Shown here: positions 48,036 to 57,775 of the stretch, one piece after another
Numbering within the stretch: the stretch's first letter is position 1
Layout of the letters: the number at the start of each line of letters is the position of its first letter
Made by a program: the position numbers and the translations under genes
Notes under the pieces: generated by a model
What the model was told of the DNA's origin: nothing
What the model saw: the letters and a program-made list of their open reading frames with translations, nothing else
Database searches by the model: none
Assembly (NCBI GenBank): GCA_934119935.1
Contig: CAKOSX010000001.1
Location: 332,299-396,298, forward strand
Reading direction: 5' to 3'
Origin: an uncultured Clostridia bacterium
GTDB lineage: Bacteria; Bacillota; Clostridia; TANB77; CAG-508
DNA length: 64,000 nt

Positions 48036-49487
48036 ATGAACAAAAAGATTTGTTTATCAACCATTTTAATGACATTAATCATGCTAATTACAATGGTAAC
48101 AAGTGTATATGCTGCAAATGAAGATGTAACGCTTGTTAAAGTAAAGGACAACGTATGTACGATTAAGTTAGGAGATGACGGAGAAGTTATTAAACAACTT
48201 ATTTCTGTGGATAACGAGAAAAAAGAAGTTACTTTGCAAATTGATGTAAAGAATTTAAAGAGTAAGGAAGAAGAAATTCAACCAACAGAAATGTTTCTAG
48301 TTATCGATGATTCTAAGAGTATGTCTGATAATACTTTGTCAAGTGGAAAGACTAGAAAAGAGGCTGTGTTTACAGCTGCAAAGACTTTAGCAAAGCAAAT
48401 TTTAGAAGAACAACCAAGTACAAAGATTGGTGTTGTAAGTTTCTCATCAAACTCTGAAATTTCTAAAGAAGGAACACTAGAGGATGCAAAGCTTGTAATA
48501 GAGCCAAGTAGTAAAATCAGCGATATTACAACCGCAATAGATAATATCGAAACAACTGGTGGAAGAACTAATATTGATGCAGGTTTGCAAACTGCAAAAG
48601 CACATTTTTCAACAGATACAACACTTAATAAGTATTTAATATTGTTGACTGATGGAGTTCCAAATAACTCAGTTGGAACATCTTCAACATATTCTGGAGA
48701 CACTGCAAAAAATACAAAAGCTACTTTACAATCAATTAAAAATAGCGGAATAAATATTGTAACTGTTATGACAGGTGTTAACTCAACATATCAACCAGAC
48801 CCAACCGGAGCTGTATCTGCAGATGCCGCTGGAAAAACATATAAAGACCTAGCAGAAGAAATTTTCGGAACACAAGAAGCTCCAAGTTACGGAAAATTCT
48901 ATTATGTTTCAGATGATTCTGTTGAGGATACGATTACGAAAGTGGTTTATCAAGATGTAAGAACTGTAATAGAAAATGAAATTAAGGATATTACTGTTGT
49001 TGACTATTTCCCATTAGATATTGTTGAAAATTATGATTTTGAAATTTTTGAAGAAGCCAATATTGGAACTGTAACTCCAACAGTAGATACAGCCAATAAT
49101 ACCATCACATGGAAAATTACAACTTTAAAAGCTGGAGAGACAGCTTCGTTTAAATATAAATTAAAATTAAAAGAAAAATTTAATGAAAAAATTATAAATG
49201 TGGAGACTCCAACAAATCAAAAGCTTGATGTTAACTACACTGGAACAGATGGGAAAACTAAAAATGTATCATCTGATGTTTCTCCTTCGATAATGTTAAA
49301 GAAGGACGAAGTGCCAGAACCAACTCCAGAACCAACGCCGGAGCCAACACCAGAACCTAAGCCAGACAATACAATCGCACCAGATCCAATTCCACAAACA
49401 GGAGATAACACAGCATTTGTTGTATTCGGAATCGCTGTGGCAGGAATTGCGTTAGCAGTATGTATAAAGAATAGAAATAACAAATAA
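48036..49487 (+). CDS. Secreted von Willebrand factor A domain protein with Pro-rich linker and PQTG sortase cell-wall sorting signal
   Basis: Sec signal MNKKICLSTILMTLIMLITMVTSVYA; vWA LVIDDSKSMS..GGRTNIDAGL..LLTDGVPN; (EPTP)4; IPQTGDNT + hydrophobic + KNRNNK. Confidence 0.75.
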   Translation: MNKKICLSTILMTLIMLITMVTSVYAANEDVTLVKVKDNVCTIKLGDDGEVIKQLISVDNEKKEVTLQIDVKNLKSKEEEIQPTEMFLVIDDSKSMSDNTLSSGKTRKEAVFTAAKTLAKQILEEQPSTKIGVVSFSSNSEISKEGTLEDAKLVIEPSSKISDITTAIDNIETTGGRTNIDAGLQTAKAHFSTDTTLNKYLILLTDGVPNNSVGTSSTYSGDTAKNTKATLQSIKNSGINIVTVMTGVNSTYQPDPTGAVSADAAGKTYKDLAEEIFGTQEAPSYGKFYYVSDDSVEDTITKVVYQDVRTVIENEIKDITVVDYFPLDIVENYDFEIFEEANIGTVTPTVDTANNTITWKITTLKAGETASFKYKLKLKEKFNEKIINVETPTNQKLDVNYTGTDGKTKNVSSDVSPSIMLKKDEVPEPTPEPTPEPTPEPKPDNTIAPDPIPQTGDNTAFVVFGIAVAGIALAVCIKNRNNK

Positions 49488-49781
49488 TAAACAATAAATA
49501 AGAAATTTTATGTAATAAAATTCTTGAAAACGAGGGATGCTCTTAGTGAATAAGAGTGTCCTTTTTTTGTGGAAAAAAAGAATAAAAACAGTAACTTATA
49601 TTAAAACATAACTATTCGAAAAACTTTGATATTTTAATATATACAGGGCATGAAAAATATTGCATATTAAAGAAGTTTGTGATAATATATACACTAATTA
49701 TAGCAATAGAAATATTATATAATAACATATAAATAAAACAAGGAAAGGAGAGCATTGCCTTTTAGTGATGCACGAAAATAG

Positions 49782-51713
49782 ATGTACGATGAAAAGAAAT
49801 TAGCGAAGGCTAAAGATATATTAAAGAAAAACAATCAAGAGAAAATTTTGATGTTTTTGAATAAGCTGGACGACGATAAGAAGGAAAGCTTGGCAGAACA
49901 GATTCTGAATTTGGATTTTGAACAGTTGAATAGATTGTATGCAGAAACAAAGACAGAGCCAGAAATATTGGAAAAGAAAATTGAACATACGAAATATGTC
50001 GATGAATATAAAATATCAGAAGAGATAAGAGAAAAGTATACAAAATTAGGTGAAAATGTAATAAAAAATAATCAGTATGCTGTTGTTACAATGGCAGGAG
50101 GTCAGGGCACAAGACTTGGACACAAAGGTCCAAAGGGAACATTTTTGCTAGATGTAATTCCAGAGCCTAAATATTTGTTCCAAATATTGGCCGAAAATTT
50201 GGAGAAAGCAAACAGAAAATATGGTGTTACATTACCTTGGTTTGTAATGACAAGCACAGAGAACAATGAAGAAACAGTAAAATTCTTTAAAGAGCACAAT
50301 TACTTTGGATATCCAGAGGAAAGCATTGAATTTTTTGAACAGGGAAATTTACCATTGTTATCTTTCGATGGAAGTTTAATATTGGATAAAGATTGTTCTA
50401 TTAAAGAAGCTGCAGATGGCAATGGTTGCATATATGCTGCCATGGCAAAGGCTGGAGTAATTGAAAAAATGAAGAAAATGGGCATAAAGTGGATCTTTAT
50501 AGGCTCAGTTGATAATGCTTTGTTAAATATGGTAGATCCAATTTTAGTTGGATTAACAATAGATCAGAAACACGAAATCGCATCAAAATCAGTTGCTAAG
50601 GCAAATCCACATGAAAGAGTTGGAGTATTTTGCAAAATTAATTCTGTTCCATCAGTTATAGAGTACAGCGAGTTGCCAGAAAAAATGGCAGAGGAGACCG
50701 ATAAGGATGGAGAGCTATTGTATGGAGAAGCACACATCATGTGCAACTTATTTAGCATAGATGCACTAGAAAAAGTATCAAAAGTAAAATTGCCATACCA
50801 TGTTGCAGTAAAAAAATCTGGATATATGGACGAAAATCTTGAATTTGTTGAGGCGGGAGAACCAAATGCATATAAATTTGAAGCTTTTATATTCGATGCT
50901 TTCAACTTTTTCGACGACATATCAATATTGAGAGGAAAAAGAGAATTCGATTTTGCACCAGTAAAAAATAAGGCTGGAAACGACAGTCCAGACACTGCAA
51001 GGGCATTGTACAATAATCTGGCAAGATGCAAGATAGAAAACCTATACAATTTGGATGAAACAATAGCAAAAGAATTGTTGGCAAAATATACATATCCATG
51101 GGAAGTGCTACCACACATAAGTGACTTTATCTTAGAGCTTGGAGAAAAACTTCCAAAAGACGAATACAAAAAAATTGGCGACGATGTATGGATTCATAAA
51201 TCAGCTACAGTATTTGAAACAGCATATATCCATGGACCAGCAATAATTTGCAAAGATGCTGAAATAAGACATTGCGCATTCATACGTGGAAAAGCGATAG
51301 TAGGAGAAGGCGCCGTTGTTGGAAACTCAACAGAGCTAAAAAATGTAATATTATTCAACAAAGTACAAGTGCCACATTACAACTACGTTGGAGACTCAAT
51401 ACTTGGATACAAAGCACACATGGGAGCAGGTTCAATCACGTCAAACGTAAAATCAGACAAAAAACTCGTAAAAATAAAATGTGGGATAAAACAAGAAGCT
51501 GAACAAGAGACAGAGCAAATAGAAACAGGATTAAAGAAAATTGGAGCAATGCTTGGCGACAACGTAGAAGTAGGATGCGGAAGCGTACTAAATCCTGGCA
51601 CAATAATAGGAAAAAACACAAACATATATCCTTTGTCATCAGTAAGAGGAGTAGTTCCTGCAAACAGCATATACAAAAGCAAAACAGGAACAGAAATAGT
51701 AGAAAAGAAATAA
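49782..51713 (+). CDS. Fusion of eukaryotic-type UDP-sugar pyrophosphorylase (UDPGP/UAP1-like) with C-terminal left-handed beta-helix (hexapeptide) domain
   Basis: VVTMAGGQGTRLGHKGPKGTF UDPGP signature; C-terminal 200 aa of imperfect hexapeptide repeats (IHGPAIICKDAEIRHCAFIRGKAIVGEGAVVGNST). Confidence 0.7.
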   Translation: MYDEKKLAKAKDILKKNNQEKILMFLNKLDDDKKESLAEQILNLDFEQLNRLYAETKTEPEILEKKIEHTKYVDEYKISEEIREKYTKLGENVIKNNQYAVVTMAGGQGTRLGHKGPKGTFLLDVIPEPKYLFQILAENLEKANRKYGVTLPWFVMTSTENNEETVKFFKEHNYFGYPEESIEFFEQGNLPLLSFDGSLILDKDCSIKEAADGNGCIYAAMAKAGVIEKMKKMGIKWIFIGSVDNALLNMVDPILVGLTIDQKHEIASKSVAKANPHERVGVFCKINSVPSVIEYSELPEKMAEETDKDGELLYGEAHIMCNLFSIDALEKVSKVKLPYHVAVKKSGYMDENLEFVEAGEPNAYKFEAFIFDAFNFFDDISILRGKREFDFAPVKNKAGNDSPDTARALYNNLARCKIENLYNLDETIAKELLAKYTYPWEVLPHISDFILELGEKLPKDEYKKIGDDVWIHKSATVFETAYIHGPAIICKDAEIRHCAFIRGKAIVGEGAVVGNSTELKNVILFNKVQVPHYNYVGDSILGYKAHMGAGSITSNVKSDKKLVKIKCGIKQEAEQETEQIETGLKKIGAMLGDNVEVGCGSVLNPGTIIGKNTNIYPLSSVRGVVPANSIYKSKTGTEIVEKK

Positions 51714-52003
51714 GTACAAACCTGTACAAACCGGGGACGGAGCAGAAAATGTACACTCGGAAAATGTTAAATGTACAAACCGGGGACGGAGAAAAAATTG
51801 TACACATAGAATTTATTAAATAAAAAGTACTAATTCATATTTTTAAAGCAAAAACGGAAGCTCGCCTTTTGAGGAGTCCAAAGGAGCTCTGACCAAGAGC
51901 AACGTGTTGTGGCTTTATAAAATATGAATTAGTACTTAAATTTTAAGCAAAATGTACATTTTTTTCTCCGTCCCCGGTTTGTACCGGTTTGTACAGATTT
52001 GTA
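51714..52003. repeat. Composite about 290-bp repeat: 2 direct GGGGACGGAG/TGTACA units, 111-bp palindromic core element (+ orientation), 1 inverted unit
   Basis: Core 51826..51936 flanked by perfect 24-bp arms aagtactaattcatatttt; outer arms ccGGGGACGGAG x2 left, CTCCGTCCCC right. Confidence 0.8.
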
Positions 52004-52015
52004 TTAGCTTGTTGT

Positions 52016-52387
52016 TTAGTTTTGTTCTGGAATGAAGTAGTCTACGACTCCGTAGATTAATGCACCTATTATTGCTGCAATCCAAGATATTGAGTATCCT
52101 GCTACGAAGTATTGGGTTACATATAAAACAACAGCTGCTAATATAAAACCAACAAATCCTTTACCAAATGCACTTGCATGAAGTCCTGTGAATTTTACAA
52201 GTAAAAAATCTATAACAGTTAAAACGACTGCTGCTAATGCTAGTGTCCAGATGCTGCTTATTGTAAATCCAGGAGTAAAGAATGCTGTTATAGCAAGTAT
52301 TACTGCTGATGTTACAAATCTTAAAATTACCTGAACAAAGGCGTTAGGACGTGAAGAACTTCTAGACTCGATGTTATTGTTATCCAT
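52016..52387 (-). CDS. DUF360 / phage-holin-4-like small membrane protein
   Basis: 123 aa, 4 TM, G-rich helices typical of YvlD/DUF360. Confidence 0.55.
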   Translation of the reverse strand: MDNNNIESRSSSRPNAFVQVILRFVTSAVILAITAFFTPGFTISSIWTLALAAVVLTVIDFLLVKFTGLHASAFGKGFVGFILAAVVLYVTQYFVAGYSISWIAAIIGALIYGVVDYFIPEQN

Positions 52388-52695
52388 AAAAACCTCCCAT
52401 GATTAATTTTTTTGATTTTTAATCTTTAATTTTTGAAACTTGATCTAATTGTACTAAATATTATTTGATTTAATTTGAATTGTTCTAAAATTAATTTGCT
52501 TTATTTACTCATAGTATTTACAGAAAAATATATAATATTCAAAAAATGAATAAATCATGAAAAAATAGCAAAAATAAAACTGAAAAAGATTTTTTATATT
52601 GAATTATACAGTTTTAGCTAATTCTATATGAATTTTATAATTTTATATAGACTTAGCATTTTATATAGAGTTTATGAGATACAATAAGGTTCTAT

Positions 52696-53424
52696 ATGAA
52701 ATTTACAGCATGGAGAAAGGAAGAAGAGGTTATGCTAGCAACTTTTTTCAGATCAATTATTATTTATATAATCGTTCTAATTGTTATGAGACTAATGGGA
52801 AAACGAGAGATAGGTCAAATGCAACCGTTCGAACTTGCTATTTCGATAATGATTGCAGATTTAGCGTCAATTCCGATGACTGACATAGGAATACCGATTT
52901 CAAATGGAATAATTCCAATATTAGGGTTGCTAGTAATGCACCTAGTTATATCAATTTTAAATATAAAAAGCAGTATGATAAGAGAATTTATATGTGGAAA
53001 GCCAACTGTGTTAATTAATAAGGGAAAGATAGACGAAGTTCAAATGAGAAAAGAACGTTTTACACTCAATGAGCTAGAAGAAAAACTAAGAAGCAATAAT
53101 GTTATGAATATTGGAGATGTGGAGTTTGCTATATTAGAAACGAGCGGTGACATATCTGTAATACAAAAACCGAACAAGAGAACGACAACTCCGGAGGATT
53201 TCAACATAATGCCAGACTATGAGGGTATGACGTATAACCTAGTAATTGATGGAAAAGTGATGAATGAGAATCTAAAACTTATAGAAAAAAACTATGATTG
53301 GTTAAAAAAACAAACTCAAAAATTTCAGATGATGCCAGAAGAGGCACTGATTGTAACAATAAATGAAAAAGGCAATATATTTTGTCAAAGGAAAGAAAGA
53401 AAAGAAAATGAAGAAAGGAAATAA
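52696..53424 (+). CDS. DUF421 (YetF-like) membrane protein
   Basis: N-terminal 3 TM plus YetF C-terminal domain; true start may be MLATFF (52732). Confidence 0.65.
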   Translation: MKFTAWRKEEEVMLATFFRSIIIYIIVLIVMRLMGKREIGQMQPFELAISIMIADLASIPMTDIGIPISNGIIPILGLLVMHLVISILNIKSSMIREFICGKPTVLINKGKIDEVQMRKERFTLNELEEKLRSNNVMNIGDVEFAILETSGDISVIQKPNKRTTTPEDFNIMPDYEGMTYNLVIDGKVMNENLKLIEKNYDWLKKQTQKFQMMPEEALIVTINEKGNIFCQRKERKENEERK

Positions 53425-53432
53425 TCCTGAAT

Positions 53433-53834
53433 ATGAAAAAAGAACTTATTATAGTAATTATAATAGTGATAGCAATAATTATAATAGATACTGTAACCCA
53501 TAATTATACCACGTATAGCTTTGAAAAAATAAACAATGAATTAGAACAAATAAAAGAAATAAGCAAGAAAATCGATGATCAAGAAAAAAACTCACAACAA
53601 GAACTTCAAGAAAAAATAAAAACAATGGAAGAAGATTGGAAAATAATAAATAGAAAAACAGCATTTTACATTGAGCATGAAGAGCTAGAAAAAGTAAATG
53701 CGTCAATGATAAAATTCAAAAGCTATATACAGTTAGAAGAATACACAGAAGCAATACCCGAACTAGAAAATTGCAAGTACATTTTAGACCATATACGAGA
53801 AAAAGAAAAAATGCAAATAATAAATCTATTCTAG
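53433..53834 (+). CDS. DUF4363-like protein (usual partner of DUF421)
   Basis: 133 aa, N-terminal TM, coiled-coil; gene pair architecture. Confidence 0.5.
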   Translation: MKKELIIVIIIVIAIIIIDTVTHNYTTYSFEKINNELEQIKEISKKIDDQEKNSQQELQEKIKTMEEDWKIINRKTAFYIEHEELEKVNASMIKFKSYIQLEEYTEAIPELENCKYILDHIREKEKMQIINLF

Positions 53835-54130
53835 TACAAACCGGTACAATTCGGTACAATTTGGGGACGGAGCTAAAAATGTACAATTGGAAAATATTAA
53901 ATGTACAAACTGGGGACGGAGCTAAAAATGTACATTAAAAAACTGTAAATACAAAAGTACTAAGTCATTTCTTATAAAGCTACGACACGTCGTTCTTGGT
54001 CGGAGCTCTTTCGGGCTCATCAAGAAGCGAACTTCCGTTCTTACTTTATAAGAAATGACTTAGTACTTAAATTTTTGAAAAAATGTACAATTTTTTCTCC
54101 GTCCCCGAATTGTACGCCGAATTGTACAAA
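53835..54130. repeat. Composite about 295-bp repeat, second copy, core element inverted relative to copy at 51.7k
   Basis: Core 53956..54066 with perfect 24-bp arms agtactaagtcatttcttataaag; inner 66 nt is reverse complement of the 51.8k core; outer arms same polarity as first copy. Confidence 0.8.
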
Positions 54131-54138
54131 TTATATCA

Positions 54139-54795
54139 TTATGTGCATATTTTGAATATGAAGCTTGTTAAAAATATGTATGCGTATTTGTAGAATTTTG
54201 TGTTTGATAGTTGGGCTTTATTATATTCGAAAAATGATTTTAAAGCACTACGTTTATCCATAATTGTTATTAGAAAGCTTTCTTTATATTTAGGAAGGCT
54301 TAATAATGTTACTGGCCACATGTGCTTTATGATTATGTCTTTTTCTTTATCATTTAAATTAAATAATTTTTCTGCGTTATATAAGGCAATTTGTGGATGT
54401 ATAAAAGCATGAAAATGTTTTAAATGAAGTTTTTTCTTAGAACCTCTCCAATCATATAAAAATAAATCGTGTAGCATTGCGCCCCTCGCAGCAGAAACAT
54501 AATCCCAGCCGTATTTTTTGCAAAATAAATATGACCAATAGGCAACTTCTAAGCAATGATCATAGCAAGAACAATCGTAGTGTTGCCTGAAATTTTTCAT
54601 CTGCTTTACTGTAGGATTTTCTAAAATATCTTTTGTTATATCTAAAAATTCGATTATATTATCATAGTTATATGTATGGGTACGTAACGGCATATCGCCA
54701 TGTATGCGCACTGGCACGCTGTCACGTGTGCTCTCGGAAAAATTGCTATGTGATTGTACATTAATCTTTTTCTCTCTAACCTTTAAAGTTTGCAT
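54139..54795 (-). CDS. HD-domain phosphohydrolase
   Basis: H...HD (AMLHDLFLYDW) motif; 218 aa. Confidence 0.6.
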   Translation of the reverse strand: MQTLKVREKKINVQSHSNFSESTRDSVPVRIHGDMPLRTHTYNYDNIIEFLDITKDILENPTVKQMKNFRQHYDCSCYDHCLEVAYWSYLFCKKYGWDYVSAARGAMLHDLFLYDWRGSKKKLHLKHFHAFIHPQIALYNAEKLFNLNDKEKDIIIKHMWPVTLLSLPKYKESFLITIMDKRSALKSFFEYNKAQLSNTKFYKYAYIFLTSFIFKICT

Positions 54796-54973
54796 CTTAT
54801 GTTATTACCTCTATATTAATTTCTTAAATTTATTATAAGCACATTAAAAGACTATGTCAATAATAAAATTTGATGCTGAAATGGTATTTAAGATGAAAAA
54901 ATTACGAATATTTCTTGAAAATTGTACTATTTTATAGTATTCTATAGATGAAAAAAAGAAAGGGGGATTTTAT

Positions 54974-55384
54974 ATGTACGCATCATCATATGCAAGAAGT
55001 TCAGCAATTAATTCGCTTGCAGCTAGTGGAATATGGGTAATTGTATCTATTGTACTAGCTATTGTAGGAGGCATTGCCTTATATTTCACTTTTTTAAAAA
55101 AGGAGAACGAAGGCAAGTATACTGGATTTTTGGGATGGATGTATGACTTTTTAACATTTAAAAAGTTAACAATTGAGAGTGTATTAAAAATACTATACTT
55201 AATATGTGCTTTATTTGTTACATTATCTTCATTCTCAATAATTTCTACAAGTTTTATAGCATTCTTACTATACTTAGTTGTTGGAAATTTGGCTATAAGA
55301 ATAGCATACGAATTGATTTTGGTTAGACTTATTATTTGTAGAAACACAACAGAAATAAACAAAAAGTTAGATAAAAAAGACTAA
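54974..55384 (+). CDS. Small membrane protein (DUF4282-like)
   Basis: 136 aa, 3 TM, RBS agggggat. Confidence 0.4.
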   Translation: MYASSYARSSAINSLAASGIWVIVSIVLAIVGGIALYFTFLKKENEGKYTGFLGWMYDFLTFKKLTIESVLKILYLICALFVTLSSFSIISTSFIAFLLYLVVGNLAIRIAYELILVRLIICRNTTEINKKLDKKD

Positions 55385-55553
55385 TCTATATTCAAAAACT
55401 GAAAATCAATTAAAAGAAATTCCTTACTTATTAGAAAATATGTTTAATAAGTAAGGAATTTTCTATGTTTAACCATATTTTTATAATAATAGCTAGACAA
55501 AAACACCTGTTTGTGATATCATTATGCCAATGAAGTTTTCAGCACTATAGATT

Positions 55554-57659
55554 TTGGTAAAAATGTATACTATAAATAAATTTGAAAAGCAAGAAATGGA
55601 AGTACTTATGATAGATTTAAAACAGAGTGTTCAATATATTAAAGGTGTTGGACCAAGCAGAGCTAAGTTGTTAAGTCTGCTTGGTGTAAATACTGTTGAA
55701 GATTTGATTAACTATTATCCGAGAACATATGAGGATAGAACAAAAATAAAAAAAATAGAGGAGCTTCAAGATGGAGAAGAGGCTCTTATTGAGGCTGTGA
55801 CGGTAACTGCTGCAACGACTTTTAAACTAAGGAGAAATATGTCTGTTTCAAAGGTTATGGTGCAGGATGATACTGGAAGATGTTTAATAACCTGGTTCAA
55901 TCAAGATTATATAAGAAATGTAATTCATGCACACGAGAAATATAGATTTTTCGGAAAGGTTACTAAGAAACCAGGGCAGATAGAAATGGCGTCACCTGTT
56001 TTTGATGAGGAAGGAAAAAGCAAGAATACAGGTAAAATTGTGCCAGTTTATTCTACAACAAAAGGATTACCAGACTCAGCAATAAGACAAGCTGTTGACA
56101 ATGCACTTTCAATGGTAAATGAGAAATTGCAAGAAACCTTGCCAGAATATATAACTAAAGATTACCATCTAATGGAGCTGGATCAAGCGGTAAGAGAGAT
56201 TCACTTCCCAAGTAAAATGGAGAATTTAACGAGAGCAAGAAATAGGTTAGTATTCGAAGAATTGCTAACATTTCAACTTGCTTTATTAAGCTTGAAAGAA
56301 CAATATGACAATGAAATAAGAGGCATAAAATACAGTAAAGATGTACATATGTCAGATGTAATAAACACATTACCATTCAAGCTAACAAAAGCTCAACTAA
56401 GAGTCCTAGAAGAAATAGATAATGACATGGAATCGGAAAAGCCAATGAACAGACTTTTGCAAGGAGACGTTGGTTCTGGTAAGACAGTAGTTGCTATGAT
56501 TGCAGCATATAAGGCTGTAAAGAGTGGATATCAGGTTGCAGTAATGGCACCAACAACAATACTTGCAACACAGCACATAAATAACTTTAATAAAATATTA
56601 GAACCATTTGGAATACGCTGCGGTTTGCTAGTAAGCAGTCTAACCAAAAAACAAAAGGGCATACTCCTAGACAAATTAAAAAATGGTGAAATAGACATAT
56701 TAATTGGAACTCATGCTCTTTTACAAGAAAACGTAGAGTTTAAAAACTTAGGCTTAGTTGTAACTGATGAGCAACACAGATTCGGTGTAAAGCAAAGAAG
56801 TGTAATTGCAGGTAAAGGAAAAAATCCAGATGTACTGGTAATGACTGCAACGCCTATCCCAAGAACACTAGCAATAATAGTATATGGAGATTTGGATATT
56901 TCCATAATAGATGAACTGCCACCAAACAGGAAGAAAATAGACACATTAGCAGTAAAAGAAAACATGACAGATAGAATAATTCAATTTATAAAGAAAAATG
57001 TAGACGAAGGCAGGCAAGCATACATAGTATGTCCATTCGTAGATGAAAACGAAGAAATGATGGATGTAAAATCTGTAGAAAAACTGGCAGAAAGCTACAA
57101 GAACGAAGTGTTTAAAGATTACAAGGTAGAGATACTGCATGGAAAAATGAAACCAAAAGACAAAGAGCAAGTAATGCAAGATTTCAAAGAAAATAAAATA
57201 AGCATACTAATTTCTACAACTGTAATTGAAGTTGGCGTGGACGTGCCAAACGCAAACATAATGGTAATAGAAAATGCTGAAAGATTTGGTTTAGCGCAGT
57301 TACATCAATTAAGAGGAAGAGTTGGTAGAGGAGAATTTAAGTCATATTGTATACTAAAATATAACAGTAATTCTGCAATAGTAAGAGAAAGAATGAAAAC
57401 AATGACAACAACAGAAGATGGCTTTAAAATAGCAGAAAAAGACCTAGAATTAAGAGGTTCTGGTGAATTCTTCGGAACAAAACAACATGGACTACCAGAA
57501 TTCAGAATAGCAAACATATTTGAAGATGTTAAAATACTAAAACTGGTACAAGAACTTGCACTAAAAATAGAAATGAATGATCCGAAACTAGAAAAAGAAG
57601 AAAACAAAAAATTAAAGGCATTAGTAAATAGAGTGAGAGAAGAAAGAATAGAATTATAA
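55554..57659 (+). CDS. recG: ATP-dependent DNA helicase RecG
   Basis: Wedge domain plus GDVGSGKTVVA Walker A, DEQHRFG, helicase C motifs; true start possibly Met 55608. Confidence 0.85.
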   Translation: MVKMYTINKFEKQEMEVLMIDLKQSVQYIKGVGPSRAKLLSLLGVNTVEDLINYYPRTYEDRTKIKKIEELQDGEEALIEAVTVTAATTFKLRRNMSVSKVMVQDDTGRCLITWFNQDYIRNVIHAHEKYRFFGKVTKKPGQIEMASPVFDEEGKSKNTGKIVPVYSTTKGLPDSAIRQAVDNALSMVNEKLQETLPEYITKDYHLMELDQAVREIHFPSKMENLTRARNRLVFEELLTFQLALLSLKEQYDNEIRGIKYSKDVHMSDVINTLPFKLTKAQLRVLEEIDNDMESEKPMNRLLQGDVGSGKTVVAMIAAYKAVKSGYQVAVMAPTTILATQHINNFNKILEPFGIRCGLLVSSLTKKQKGILLDKLKNGEIDILIGTHALLQENVEFKNLGLVVTDEQHRFGVKQRSVIAGKGKNPDVLVMTATPIPRTLAIIVYGDLDISIIDELPPNRKKIDTLAVKENMTDRIIQFIKKNVDEGRQAYIVCPFVDENEEMMDVKSVEKLAESYKNEVFKDYKVEILHGKMKPKDKEQVMQDFKENKISILISTTVIEVGVDVPNANIMVIENAERFGLAQLHQLRGRVGRGEFKSYCILKYNSNSAIVRERMKTMTTTEDGFKIAEKDLELRGSGEFFGTKQHGLPEFRIANIFEDVKILKLVQELALKIEMNDPKLEKEENKKLKALVNRVREERIEL

Positions 57660-57683
57660 CATAGCTAAAGAAAAAACAATAAA

Positions 57684-57730
57684 AAGAAGATAAAGCCATA
57701 ATATTGAATTTAACTTTATCTTCTTTTTGC
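57684..57730. terminator. Bidirectional terminator between recG and convergent gene
   Basis: aagaagataaag-ccataatattgaatttaa-ctttatcttctt plus TTTT. Confidence 0.6.
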
Positions 57731-57775
57731 AAATTTCATTAATCTAAGTATTAGAAAGTTACCAGATTTTTATAT

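Noticed and set aside
52016-53834. Prophage remnant interpretation because of a holin-like DUF360 gene
   Set aside because: No endolysin, integrase, capsid or terminase genes. DUF360 proteins are common stand-alone membrane proteins.
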